Under the pieces are notes generated by a model. It did not search any database. It was not told the origin of the DNA and was given only the letters and a program-made list of their open reading frames with translations. Source: Candidatus Lustribacter sp. (lineage in GTDB: Bacteria > Vulcanimicrobiota > Vulcanimicrobiia > Vulcanimicrobiales > Vulcanimicrobiaceae). From it: 64,000 bases of DNA. The position numbers and the translations under genes are program-made. Location: NCBI GenBank assembly GCA_965277805.1, contig OZ255842.1, forward strand, positions 192,001 to 256,000, read 5' to 3'. Every line of letters begins with the position of its first letter. Position 1 is the first letter of the stretch. Positions 19,189-28,999 of this stretch are shown here, one piece after another.

Positions 19189-20130
19189 ATGAATCGCCGT
19201 ACTGCTCTGCTTACCGGCGCCGCGTTGAGCGCGTCGTTTCCGCTGCGCGCGAGCGCGGCTACCGCGATGAGATTCGCCACGAGTCCCAGCGACTCGGGTG
19301 CGCTCGTGTTCGAAGCCGATGCGCAAGGCTATCTCAAGCAGGCCGGCGTGGCCGTGGACATTCAGTACCTCTCGAACGGTTCGGCCTCGATCGCCGCGCT
19401 GCTCGGCGGTGAGATCGACGTTACCGGCAGTAACATGCTCTCGGTCGTGCAAGCGCGCCAGAAGGGCATCCCGATCAAGATCATTGCGCCGCAGGCGATC
19501 TACCGTCGCGGCCAGGCGTCGACGCTGCTCCTGTGTCCGGCGGACTCGTCCGCTCGTAGTGGCCGCGATCTCAATGGGAAGACGGTCGCGGTCAACGCTC
19601 TCGGCGGCTCGCCGCACGTCGCCGTCGAGGCGTGGATCGACAAGAACGGCGGCGATTCATCGACGGTGAAGTATATCGAGATGACGTTTTCCGCGATGGG
19701 GCCGGCACTGGCGTCGAAGCGGATCGACGCGGGGATTCTGAACGAGCCGTCGTTGACCGATGCGCTCAGCAACGGCGCCCGGCTCTTGGGTGACGCGTAC
19801 GGCGCAATCGCACCCTACTGGCTCACCGACTGTTTGGTCGCAACGGAAACCTACATCGCGGCGCATTCCGACGACGTGCACCGCTTCTCCGCCGCGCTCC
19901 ACATCGCCGCAATTTGGTCGAACCGCAATCACGAGAAGACCGCCGACATGGTCGCGAAGCTGCTCAAGATCGACACGCCTGTCGTGCAGAAGATGCATCG
20001 CGCGATCTTCGCCGAGCAGCTCACGCCGGCGATGATCCAGCCTGTGATCGATGCCGGTCTGAAATACGGCGCGATCACAAAGCCGATGCGCGCCGAAGAG
20101 TTGATCGCCCGCGAGGCGGCGACGGGCTAA
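19189..20130 (+). CDS. SsuA/THI5-like ABC substrate-binding protein, Tat-like signal
   Basis: MNRRTALL; DLNGKTVAVN; KNGGDSSTVKYIEM; RIDAGILNEP. Confidence 0.85.
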   Translation: MNRRTALLTGAALSASFPLRASAATAMRFATSPSDSGALVFEADAQGYLKQAGVAVDIQYLSNGSASIAALLGGEIDVTGSNMLSVVQARQKGIPIKIIAPQAIYRRGQASTLLLCPADSSARSGRDLNGKTVAVNALGGSPHVAVEAWIDKNGGDSSTVKYIEMTFSAMGPALASKRIDAGILNEPSLTDALSNGARLLGDAYGAIAPYWLTDCLVATETYIAAHSDDVHRFSAALHIAAIWSNRNHEKTADMVAKLLKIDTPVVQKMHRAIFAEQLTPAMIQPVIDAGLKYGAITKPMRAEELIAREAATG

Positions 20131-20142
20131 ACTCGGCCGCCA

Positions 20143-20247
20143 CCGTTTTGGCGAATCCGGTGACGCGGACAGCCGAAACGTCCGCAACCGGTGCATCGCC
20201 AGCGGGCGTGAAAAAAACCTGGTCTCGCGCGGGCAATCGAGACTGGG
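20143..20247. other. structured intergenic element: long interrupted hairpin, A7 tract, second hairpin
   Basis: Nested stems TGGCGA/TCGCCA, CCGGT/ACCGG, GCGGAC/GTCCGC (20149-20201); A7 at 20211-20217; CCTGGTCTCG/CGAGACTGGG stem (20218-20247). Confidence 0.5.
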
Positions 20248-20263
20248 CGTACAACTAATAGGC

Positions 20264-22822
20264 ATGATCGTGCACGGATCGCTCGATGCTATCGTGCGTC
20301 ACCACGCGGTTTTGCGTCCCTCCAGCCCGGCGTTGGCCGGAACGGATGGTCCCGACTGTTCATACCAGCACCTGACAACGCATCTCGATCGTGTCTGCGC
20401 GGAACTTTCGAAGTGGGTGTCGGGAGAGAATCCGGTCATTGCGGTAGCTGCGGCGGGCCGGCCGGAAATGTTTTCCGGCATCGTTGCTGCGATATCAACC
20501 GGCATCTGCGCGCCTTTCGATGCGACTCAGCCGCCGGCGGAAATCGACGCGTTTCTCTCTGACGTCAGACCGTCGCTGGTGCTCGCCGACAACGCCGCCG
20601 TCGACCGTCACGCGATGTTGTTTAGGCGGCACGGTGCCGGCATCGTCCAAATGACAGCCGTCCCCGGCGCGCCGGCCGGCGTCTTTGATGTTTTCGGAAT
20701 CACGCCACAGCAACGCGAGGCGACGGATCCCGCCCGCGCGTACGACCCGGACGTAGCACTAGTCATACGCACGTCGGGCACGACTTCATCGTCGAAGCTC
20801 GTGCCCCATACCGAGGCTCGGCTCGTGCACATGTTCAACTCGATTGCCGAATCAGTGGGCTTGCAGCCGGCGGATCGATGCCTGACGACCATGCCGATGC
20901 AGCATGTTCATGCCGTTACGTGGGTGATCGGCGCGTCGCTCGTTGCCGGGGCCTCGGTGGTTTGCCCGGTACACGTTGATGCCGCCTCGCTCATCGATGA
21001 GCTGCGCACCTACAAGGCCACCTGGTATACGGCAGCGCCGCCGATGCATCGTGACGTGCTGGCATACGCACGGCGCGAAACCCCTCTCGATCTCAGCCTG
21101 CGCTTCATTCGGACGACGGCGGCTCCGATCGATCGGCAACTCGTTATCGATCTTCAAGCCGCGTTAGGTGCGCCCGTACTAGATGGCTATGGTTCGACCG
21201 AAGCACCGTCTTGCTCGTACAATGTGCCGTGGGCGAATAGGCCCGGCTCGGTCGGCCGCGCGATGGGTTGCGAGATCGCGATCCTCGATGGCGAAGTCGC
21301 CGTGCGGGGGCCCAACGTGGCGCCGGCATACGCGAACGGCGCGCGAGAAGCGATCATCGACCCGGTTTCCGGCTGGTATCGGACCGGCGATGCCGGGTAC
21401 CTAGATGAAGACGGCTTTCTCTATATTACGGGCCGGATCAACGAGCGCATCAATGTCGGCGGCGTAAAGATCGCACCGGCCGAAGTCGAATCGGCGCTCC
21501 TCACTCATCCGGATGTCGCGGATGCGGTTGCATTTCCGTTACCGCATCCAACCCTCGGACAGCACGTTGCGGCGGCGGCCGTCCGGCGCGCCGGTGGGAC
21601 CGTGACGGAGACGGAATTGATGGCACACGCGGCGGCGCTCTTGCCGCGCCACGGTGTCCCGAACGTGATCCATTTCGTGCCGTCGATCGCGCGCGACGCT
21701 AGCGGCAAAGTTCGCCGGCACGAACTGACGGCAACGTTCGCTCGCAACCCGTACGCCGCGCATTTGGATGCCGAGCGGTCCAAAGATAGTTCGATTCTGC
21801 ATGCGCTTTCGCGTATTTGGGAGGACGTGCTCGAGTATTCGCCCGTTGCGCTCGACGAGAACTTCTTTGCCGCCGGCGGCGATTCGCTGCGCGCGATCAG
21901 GGTGATGACGCGCATCGAAGCCGATCTGGGCGTCGCGCTGTCGATGGATACGCTGCTCGTGGCCCCGACGATTCGCACGCTCTCGCAAGCGGTGCTCGCG
22001 CAAGCCAACAGCAAGCGCCCAAATGGGCGGATCGTCCCGTTGCGTACGACGGGTTCGCGCCCCCCGCTCTATTTTTACGACGGCGACACGAACGGCGGCG
22101 GCCTGTACACCCGCATTCTGCCCACCGTTCTGGACATCGAGCAACCCATTTATCTCGTTCGTCCGAACGGTGCGTTGGGCGACGCTATTCTCGATAGCAT
22201 CGAACTGATGGCGGATGCCGACGCCGCGATGATTGCAGCGGAACGGCCTTCGCCGGCGTATCGATTAGGCGGTTTCTGTAGCGGCGGTATCGTCGCGCTC
22301 GAGGTCGCGCGACGCTTAGAGGCGGCTGGTGCGAAGGTCGAGGTCGTTGCGCTCGTGGGAAGCTCCGCCCCCAACGCTCGCCTCGAGACATTGTGGGAGC
22401 TGACGTCGCGGGCAGCTCCGTTCATCTCGGATCGGGGTGCTGCTTTCGTCTACCGTTGCTTCCGGAGCATCGTGAACGCTCTTCGGACGCGCACGGTTCC
22501 GAGCGAGTTTCTGAAACTTCGATCATGGTTGGAATCGAGGGTCCGCGGTCTACCGCCCTATCAGCCGACCCTCGATTTCCGCATCTATAGCGATCGTCTC
22601 ATCCGGTACTTCCCCAAACGCTACGACCGCACGGTCGATCTGATTTGGGCCGATGACGATCCGCCTCCGATCACCGGCGATCCATCGATGGGGTGGCGTC
22701 ACGTCGCGCGCGTGCGGCGGCATGACGTGCGCGGCGATCACACGACGATGCTCACCGACCACGTCGTGGACCTCGGCAAAGCTCTCCGCCGCATTCTCGA
22801 CGAGGCCGATCGCGATTCTTGA
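20264..22822 (+). CDS. stand-alone NRPS-like A-T-TE protein
   Basis: A domain TSGTTSSSK, YGSTEA, YRTGDAG, SGKVRR; carrier domain FFAAGGDSL; thioesterase GGFCSGG and GDHTTML. Confidence 0.88.
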   Translation: MIVHGSLDAIVRHHAVLRPSSPALAGTDGPDCSYQHLTTHLDRVCAELSKWVSGENPVIAVAAAGRPEMFSGIVAAISTGICAPFDATQPPAEIDAFLSDVRPSLVLADNAAVDRHAMLFRRHGAGIVQMTAVPGAPAGVFDVFGITPQQREATDPARAYDPDVALVIRTSGTTSSSKLVPHTEARLVHMFNSIAESVGLQPADRCLTTMPMQHVHAVTWVIGASLVAGASVVCPVHVDAASLIDELRTYKATWYTAAPPMHRDVLAYARRETPLDLSLRFIRTTAAPIDRQLVIDLQAALGAPVLDGYGSTEAPSCSYNVPWANRPGSVGRAMGCEIAILDGEVAVRGPNVAPAYANGAREAIIDPVSGWYRTGDAGYLDEDGFLYITGRINERINVGGVKIAPAEVESALLTHPDVADAVAFPLPHPTLGQHVAAAAVRRAGGTVTETELMAHAAALLPRHGVPNVIHFVPSIARDASGKVRRHELTATFARNPYAAHLDAERSKDSSILHALSRIWEDVLEYSPVALDENFFAAGGDSLRAIRVMTRIEADLGVALSMDTLLVAPTIRTLSQAVLAQANSKRPNGRIVPLRTTGSRPPLYFYDGDTNGGGLYTRILPTVLDIEQPIYLVRPNGALGDAILDSIELMADADAAMIAAERPSPAYRLGGFCSGGIVALEVARRLEAAGAKVEVVALVGSSAPNARLETLWELTSRAAPFISDRGAAFVYRCFRSIVNALRTRTVPSEFLKLRSWLESRVRGLPPYQPTLDFRIYSDRLIRYFPKRYDRTVDLIWADDDPPPITGDPSMGWRHVARVRRHDVRGDHTTMLTDHVVDLGKALRRILDEADRDS

Positions 22823-22849
22823 AACCGCGCTAGCGATCGCGCGGTCTCA

Positions 22850-23980
22850 GTGACCGTGTCTCGTCTTTTCTCTTCTTACCAAATGCGCGATGTGACGCTG
22901 CGCAATCGAATCGTCGTCTCGCCGATGTGCGAATATTCATCGATCGACGGCTTCGCGAATGATTGGCACGTCGTGCACTTGGGTAGTCGCGCCGTGGGCG
23001 GCGCGGCGCTCGTGCTCACCGAGGCGATTGCCGTCACCGCCGAGGGCCGCATTTCGCCGAGCGATCTCGGCATTTGGAAAGACGAGCATATCGAGCAGCT
23101 CGCACGCATCGCCGCGTTTTGCAACAGTCAGGGCGCGGTCTGGGGAACGCAGCTCGCGCATGCCGGGCGCAAGGCCTCAACCAAGGTCACGTGGGAGGGC
23201 GACGGCGCCGTCTCGCCCGCTGACGGGGGCTGGATTCCGGTCGCACCGACGACCGCGCCGTTCAACGACACCTATCCGCGGCCGAGGGCGCTGGAAGAAG
23301 GCGAGATCCTCGCAATCATTCGCGCGTTTGCCGATGCGGCGCGACGTACGCTCGCTGCGGGCGGCGAAGTCATCGAAGTGCACGCGGCGCACGGCTATCT
23401 GATCCACCAGTTTCTTTCGCCGCTCGTCAACACGCGAACCGATCGCTGGGGCGGATCGTTCGAAAACCGCACGCGCCTCGCGCTCGAGACCGTGCGCGCG
23501 ATTCGCGCGGTGTGGCCCGAGCGGCTCCCGCTCTTGGTGCGTTTCTCGTCGACCGATTACGCTGCCGGCGGCTGGGACATCGAGCAAACGGTCGAGCTCT
23601 CACGCATCCTGCGCGGTGAGGGCGTCGATCTGATCGATGCGAGTTCGGGCGGCGCCATCCCGCTGCCGCCGGGCACGATTCCGGTCGGTCCGCTCTATCA
23701 GCTGCCGTTTGCGGAACGCATCCGGCGCGAAGCCGGCATCGCGACCGGCGCCGTCGGCATGATCACGGAGCCCGCCGACGCCGAGGCGATCGTGGCAGAC
23801 GAAAAAGCCGATCTCGTGATCATGGCGCGCGAACTGCTGCGCGATCCGTACTGGCCGCTGTTCGCGGCGCGCCTGCTTGGTGCTAAGGCACCGTGGCCGA
23901 AACAGTATCAGCGCGCCGAGGGTCCGCGGGCATCATTTCGCACTGCGCATATCGCGGACGAACGAAAGGTCCATCACTGA
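22850..23980 (+). CDS. NADH:flavin oxidoreductase, old yellow enzyme (YqjM/NamA class)
   Basis: SPMCEYS, QLAHAGRKAS, HAAHGYLIHQFLSP, ARELLRDPYWP, QYQR. Confidence 0.92.
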   Translation: MTVSRLFSSYQMRDVTLRNRIVVSPMCEYSSIDGFANDWHVVHLGSRAVGGAALVLTEAIAVTAEGRISPSDLGIWKDEHIEQLARIAAFCNSQGAVWGTQLAHAGRKASTKVTWEGDGAVSPADGGWIPVAPTTAPFNDTYPRPRALEEGEILAIIRAFADAARRTLAAGGEVIEVHAAHGYLIHQFLSPLVNTRTDRWGGSFENRTRLALETVRAIRAVWPERLPLLVRFSSTDYAAGGWDIEQTVELSRILRGEGVDLIDASSGGAIPLPPGTIPVGPLYQLPFAERIRREAGIATGAVGMITEPADAEAIVADEKADLVIMARELLRDPYWPLFAARLLGAKAPWPKQYQRAEGPRASFRTAHIADERKVHH

Positions 23981-24913
23981 CGATAGCGCCGGAGCGGACG
24001 GCAGCGTGCCGATCTCGACGACGCCGTCGGCGACGTTCTGCAGCGACTTCTGGTTGAGCACCAAGTCGCGGCTGATGCCGTTGTTGCCGAACGTGGCGTT
24101 GTAGGCGATCTGCGCGTCGGCCGGTTCGATCTTCAGTTTCTTCGCCATGATGGCCTGAGCTTCGGCCGGGTGCGCGTAGCCGTACGTGATCGCGTCCCGG
24201 AAGACGCGCAGAAAGGCGATCAGCTGCGGGCGATGGGCGGCGGCCCAGGTTGGGTTCACGGCGATGCCGTTGGAGATCCAATCGTGAAGGACGTCCGAAC
24301 CGCGCGCCAAGATGTGCATGCCCTGCCGCGTCGCGTAGATGTCGAACGGCTGCGTGAGCATGGCGCCTTGCGCGTTCCCGCTCACGAGCGCTACCGTGCG
24401 CAGTTGCGACGTGCCGCTGTTGAGAATGTCGAAATCTTTGAGCCAGTCGAGCTTCTGCGTCGCCGCCATCTTTCGCAGGGTGATAGCCGTGATGTCTTCC
24501 TTGTTCGTGACGAGCACGACCTTGCCGCGCAGATCGTTCCAGTTCTTGATCGCGGGCGCGACGACGAGCGAGTACGTCGGTATGGTGATCACCGGCGCGA
24601 CGTAGGTGACCGGTAATTTCTGCGCGGCGGCGGTGATGACGACGTCGGATGCGAGGATGGCGATCGGCGCGTCGCCTGTGACCAGTTCCGAGATGCAGTT
24701 CTGCGTGTTGCCGGCGGTGAGTTCGCTGATCGACAGACCGGCGCGCTCGAACATCCCGAGCTCCTCGGCGATGTACATCGGCCATTCTGGGACGCCCGGA
24801 CCCACGCTGCCGATCAGGATCTGAAACGGCGGCGGCTTCGTCTGCGCGGTGACCGGCACCGGCGTCCAGTAAAGCAATCCTAGGGCGATCGTGATCCAAG
24901 CAAGTCGACGCAT
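23933..24913 (-). CDS. SsuA/THI5-like ABC substrate-binding protein
   Basis: GGAGG Shine-Dalgarno, signal peptide, AEELGMFERAGL, DLRGKVV, LVSGNAQGAMLTQP. Confidence 0.82.
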   Translation of the reverse strand: MRRLAWITIALGLLYWTPVPVTAQTKPPPFQILIGSVGPGVPEWPMYIAEELGMFERAGLSISELTAGNTQNCISELVTGDAPIAILASDVVITAAAQKLPVTYVAPVITIPTYSLVVAPAIKNWNDLRGKVVLVTNKEDITAITLRKMAATQKLDWLKDFDILNSGTSQLRTVALVSGNAQGAMLTQPFDIYATRQGMHILARGSDVLHDWISNGIAVNPTWAAAHRPQLIAFLRVFRDAITYGYAHPAEAQAIMAKKLKIEPADAQIAYNATFGNNGISRDLVLNQKSLQNVADGVVEIGTLPSAPALSSVMDLSFVRDMRSAK

Positions 24914-24960
24914 CAACACCTCCGGCTAGTGCCTTATCGCCGCGCACGAGGCGGCCCCTG

Positions 24961-26589
24961 TCAGCGGCGCGTTACCGGCGGCGGCCGCAAGTACGGCAGC
25001 GGATCGGGCAGTATGCCGACCGGAACCTCGATCAGCACCGGACCGGCGGCGCGGAATCCTTCGCGCAATTGCCCGCGCAGTTCGGCGGGAGAATGCGCGC
25101 GCCGGCCTTGCATGCCGAAGCTCTCGGCGAGTTTGACGAAGTCCGGATTGACGAGCTCGGTCGCGATGAAGCGATCGCCGTACTTGTCGGTTTGCGTGCG
25201 GCGCACGTTTCCGTACGCGTTGTCGTTGAACACGACGAACACCACGCGAATGTCGTGCTGCACGGCCGTAGCGAGTTCTTGGACGGTAAAGAGAAAGCCG
25301 CCGTCGCCCGAAATCGAGACGACGGCGCGGTCCGGGAACGCGGCCTTTGCGCCGAGCGCGGTAGCGGGTCCCCAGCCGAGCGTTCCCTGATAGGCCGGCG
25401 ACAAATACGTACGCGGCTGATACGTCGGAAAGTGCAGCCGCGCGACGTGTCCGAGTTGCGTGACGTCATCCACGAAGATCCCGTCGTCCGGAAGCTCGGC
25501 GCGAATCGCATCGAGGTACTCGAACTGCGGTAGCAGGGCGGCGCGCAGTTTCTGCAGCGAACGTGCGCGTCGGCCGTTCAACTCCTCGATGCGCGAGGGG
25601 CGCACGCTGTTGTACGTTCCAAGGCGCTCGGCGAGCCGCGTCAGCGCAGCGGCGGCATCGCCGAGAATCCCGACGGCCGGTGCGGAAAAGCGTCCGATCT
25701 CCTCGGGATCGATGTCGATGCGGACGATCTTGATGCCCGCATCCGCACGCCAATCGTTCAACTGGATCTGCAAGCGCGTGCCGACCGCCAGAACGGCGTC
25801 CACGTCTTGCCAGAGTTCGTACCCGACGTCGATCGACGCGCTGAGCGGATTGCGCTCGCTGACCACACCGCGTCCCATGCGGTGGCTGATCACCGGCGCT
25901 TGCAGCATTTCCGCGATCGCGAGCACCTCAGTGCCCGCGTCGAGCGCGCCGCCGCCGACGACGATCATCGGCCGCTTCGCCGCGCCCAGGAGCTTTGCGG
26001 CACGTTCGATCGCGTCGTCGTCGATCGGAATCGGCGCCGGCGCTAACGCTGCTTGCATCGGAATCTGTCCGCGCTGCGGGAGTACATCGATCGCGCACTC
26101 GAGCGCGACCGGACGCCGGCGCCCCGACGTCATCTGAGCGAACGCTTCGTTCACTTTCGCGTAAGCTTCGAACGGTGCGCGAATCCGGCCGGCCCATTTG
26201 GTCAGCAATTGCAGCACTGCCAACTGATCGGGCAGCTCGTGCAGAATACCGAGGCCGCGGCCGATCAGCGCTTGCGGTATCTGGCCGGTGAAGGCCACCA
26301 CCGGCGCGCCGCACGCATACGCCGTGCACAGGGCGCCGGTCGAGTTGAGAATGCCGGGACCGGGAACGACCGCGTACGCGGATGGTTCGCCCGACGCGAG
26401 TGCGGCGCCCAACGCCATGTAGGCAGCGCCCTGTTCGTGGCGCGTGTGCAGAAAGCGCATGCGCCCGTGACGCGCAACCGCATCGGTGAATTCATCGAGT
26501 TGCACGCCCGGCAGGCCGAACACCGTGCGAATGCCGTGGTCGTACAGCGCGGCGACGATGCCGTCGGCGGTCGTGATCTCCGCGCTCAT
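24961..26589 (-). CDS. ThDP-dependent enzyme (acetolactate synthase/decarboxylase/lyase-like)
   Basis: FGLPGVQ, TRHEQGA, PGPG, and ThDP motif GDGGFLF...NDNAYG. ATG at 26589 overlaps the upstream stop. Confidence 0.88.
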   Translation of the reverse strand: MSAEITTADGIVAALYDHGIRTVFGLPGVQLDEFTDAVARHGRMRFLHTRHEQGAAYMALGAALASGEPSAYAVVPGPGILNSTGALCTAYACGAPVVAFTGQIPQALIGRGLGILHELPDQLAVLQLLTKWAGRIRAPFEAYAKVNEAFAQMTSGRRRPVALECAIDVLPQRGQIPMQAALAPAPIPIDDDAIERAAKLLGAAKRPMIVVGGGALDAGTEVLAIAEMLQAPVISHRMGRGVVSERNPLSASIDVGYELWQDVDAVLAVGTRLQIQLNDWRADAGIKIVRIDIDPEEIGRFSAPAVGILGDAAAALTRLAERLGTYNSVRPSRIEELNGRRARSLQKLRAALLPQFEYLDAIRAELPDDGIFVDDVTQLGHVARLHFPTYQPRTYLSPAYQGTLGWGPATALGAKAAFPDRAVVSISGDGGFLFTVQELATAVQHDIRVVFVVFNDNAYGNVRRTQTDKYGDRFIATELVNPDFVKLAESFGMQGRRAHSPAELRGQLREGFRAAGPVLIEVPVGILPDPLPYLRPPPVTRR

Positions 26590-27113
26590 ATGACGAGCGT
26601 CGCGCGCACGCGGACCGCGGGACGGTCGCCGTCCGAATCGTGGATCGAGATCACGCACTCCACTTCATAGTACTGCCGGTTCGACCTCTCGTACCGTTCC
26701 GTGACGCGCGCGGCCGAACGGACCGTCGCGCCTACCGGCACCGGCAGCAGCGACTCGATGAAGTTGTTCGCGTGCAGGCGTCCCGAGCGCGCGAAGAGCG
26801 TGTTGATGCACTGCATCGGTTCGTCGGCGAAGAATAGCGGCGGAACCTCGTCCCCGCTCGGCGGTGCCGTGCCGGCGAGCGGAGCGACGATCGAGCGCGA
26901 ATACCACGCGACCGCAGCCGGCGTGGCGACGTACTCGAGCACCGGAAACGTGAGGCCGGGCGCGACCGCGTCCCACGTGACCGGCGGACGCAGCACGCCC
27001 TTCAGTAGCGGAACGGGCCGCCCGATGACGACGAGCGTGCGCTCTTCATCGCGATGCGCGTCGATCGCGGCGAACGCAGCGTCAGATGAGCCAGCAGGCG
27101 GCTTCATGGTCAT
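26586..27113 (-). CDS. hot-dog fold (MaoC-like) protein
   Basis: VPP...RLHANNFIESLLPVPVGATV...VTERYERSNRQY pattern of MaoC_N-type hot-dog subunits. Start uncertain (27107 or 27113). Confidence 0.6.
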   Translation of the reverse strand: MTMKPPAGSSDAAFAAIDAHRDEERTLVVIGRPVPLLKGVLRPPVTWDAVAPGLTFPVLEYVATPAAVAWYSRSIVAPLAGTAPPSGDEVPPLFFADEPMQCINTLFARSGRLHANNFIESLLPVPVGATVRSAARVTERYERSNRQYYEVECVISIHDSDGDRPAVRVRATLVI

Positions 27114-28020
27114 CAGCGATGCTCCGGAGCGGTGGTTCTTGCACGCGGCAACGTTCTTCTGCCAGCGGACAGCGCGTGTGAAAGCGGCAGCCCGACGGCG
27201 GATCGATTGCGCTCGGCGCGTCGCCGGGCAGCAGCGGCGCCGGCCGCGCACGTTCGAGGACCGGATCGAGCCGCGGCACGGAATCGAGCAGCGCCTTCGT
27301 GTACGGATGGCGCGCGTTCGCTGCAAAGCCGCGGCCGGGCGCGCTTTCCATCACCTTCCCGAGATACATCACGACGATGTGATCGGAAAGATATTCGGCG
27401 ATCGCTAGATCGTGCGTGATGAACAGCAGGCTGAGCCCCATCTCGCTTTGGATGTCTTCGAGCAGCGCGACGATCTGCGCTTGCATCGACAAATCGAGCG
27501 ACGAGAGCGGCTCGTCGGCAACGACGAACTGCGGACGCCCGACCAGCGCACGCGCGATCGCGACGCGCTGCAGCTGGCCGCCGCTCAGCTCGTGCGGGTA
27601 ACGCAGCGCGGTCGCGGCCGGTAAGCCGACGCGTTCGAGCATCTCGCCGGCGCGTGCGAGCGCGTCGGCGCGCGGAACGCCCACGGCATCGAGCGGCTCA
27701 GCGATCGAGCCGCCGACGCGCACGCGCGGGTTGAGCGCCGGACCCGGATGCTGAAAGATCATCTGCATGCGCGGCCGGATCGTGCGCAGCTTGCCGCGCG
27801 AGGCGAACGTGATGTCGGCCGCCTCGAACAAAATCGTGCCCGACGTCGGGCGCACCAAACGCAACAGCGCGCGGCCGGTCGTCGATTTCCCACTGCCGCT
27901 CTCGCCGACCAGCCCGACGATCTGCCGGTGACCGATGCGCAGCGTCACGCCGTCGACTGCGCGGACGACCGTGCTTCCCGAGAGCGGAATGTGGACGCGC
28001 AACTCGCGGGCTTCAACCAT
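27082..28020 (-). CDS. peptide/nickel ABC transporter ATP-binding protein (OppF/DppF-like)
   Basis: GESGSGKS, LSGGQLQR, DEPLSSLD, HPYT, GCRFHTRCP. Confidence 0.92.
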   Translation of the reverse strand: MVEARELRVHIPLSGSTVVRAVDGVTLRIGHRQIVGLVGESGSGKSTTGRALLRLVRPTSGTILFEAADITFASRGKLRTIRPRMQMIFQHPGPALNPRVRVGGSIAEPLDAVGVPRADALARAGEMLERVGLPAATALRYPHELSGGQLQRVAIARALVGRPQFVVADEPLSSLDLSMQAQIVALLEDIQSEMGLSLLFITHDLAIAEYLSDHIVVMYLGKVMESAPGRGFAANARHPYTKALLDSVPRLDPVLERARPAPLLPGDAPSAIDPPSGCRFHTRCPLAEERCRVQEPPLRSIADDHEAACWLI

Positions 28021-28999
28021 CGTGCGCACCAACGAGCCAGCACGCCGCGCGGTCGCCCGCCGGCCCGTCACGCAACGGCGGCCGCTCGACGCAGCGCTCG
28101 AAGCGGCTCACGCAGCGCGGCGCGAAACTGCAGCCGGCGGGCTGCAGTAGCGGATCGGGCGGCGTGCCTGGAATCGGTTCGATCCTGGCGCGCTCGCCGG
28201 CCGCGTTCAACGCGATGCGCGGTGTGGCGGCGAGCAGCGCGCGTGTGTAGGGATGCTCCGGGGCTTCAAACATCCGCACGGCGTCCGCGTACTCGACGAC
28301 GCGTCCGGCATACATGACCGCGACGTCGTCGGCAACGGCGGCCACCACGCCGAAGTCGTGCGTCACGAGCAAGAGCGCAAGCCGGCGCTCCGTACACAGA
28401 CGCCGCAGCAGCCGCAGCACTTGCCCTTGCACGCTGACGTCGAGCGCCGTCGTCGGTTCGTCGGCGATGACGAGTGCCGGCTCGCAGGCGATCGCGATCG
28501 CGATCATTACGCGCTGTTTGAGTCCGCCGGAAAGCTGGTGTGGATACTGCTTGATGCGCGCCGCCGGGTCGTTCACCCCGACCTCGGTCAGCAGCTCGAC
28601 GGCGCGCGCGAGCGCCGCCTCGGCCGGCATGTTGCGGTGTCGCCGAAGTACCTCGGCGATCTGACGGCCGATCGTGAGCACGGGATTGAGCGCGCGCGCC
28701 GCGTCCTGAAAGACCACCCCGACGCGGCGCCCGCGCACGTCCTCGAGCAGCAGTTCCGGCTGGCCGAGGATGTCGTCGCCTTCGAGCCGCACGCGGCCCG
28801 CGCTTTGCGCGTTGCCGGGCAGTAACCCGACGAGCCCCAGTGCCATCGTCGACTTGCCCGAACCGCTCTCGCCGACGATGCAGAGCGTCTTGCCCGGCTC
28901 GATCGCGAACGAGACGCCTTGCACGGCGCGCACCAAACCACGCCGGGTGCGAAAATCGACGTGCAAGTCTTCGACGCGGAGAACCGGTTCGGCCGTCAC
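28013..28999 (-). CDS. peptide/nickel ABC transporter ATP-binding protein (OppD/DppD-like)
   Basis: GESGSGKS, LSGGLKQR, DEPTTALDV, GCSFAPRC. GTG start overlaps the upstream stop. Confidence 0.92.
   Translation of the reverse strand: MTAEPVLRVEDLHVDFRTRRGLVRAVQGVSFAIEPGKTLCIVGESGSGKSTMALGLVGLLPGNAQSAGRVRLEGDDILGQPELLLEDVRGRRVGVVFQDAARALNPVLTIGRQIAEVLRRHRNMPAEAALARAVELLTEVGVNDPAARIKQYPHQLSGGLKQRVMIAIAIACEPALVIADEPTTALDVSVQGQVLRLLRRLCTERRLALLLVTHDFGVVAAVADDVAVMYAGRVVEYADAVRMFEAPEHPYTRALLAATPRIALNAAGERARIEPIPGTPPDPLLQPAGCSFAPRCVSRFERCVERPPLRDGPAGDRAACWLVGAHDG

Noticed and set aside
23933-23980. Convergent 3' overlaps (48 bp here, 20 bp at 14469-14488) as antisense regulation
   Set aside because: Short tail overlaps are common in compact high-GC genomes, and nothing else supports a regulatory role.
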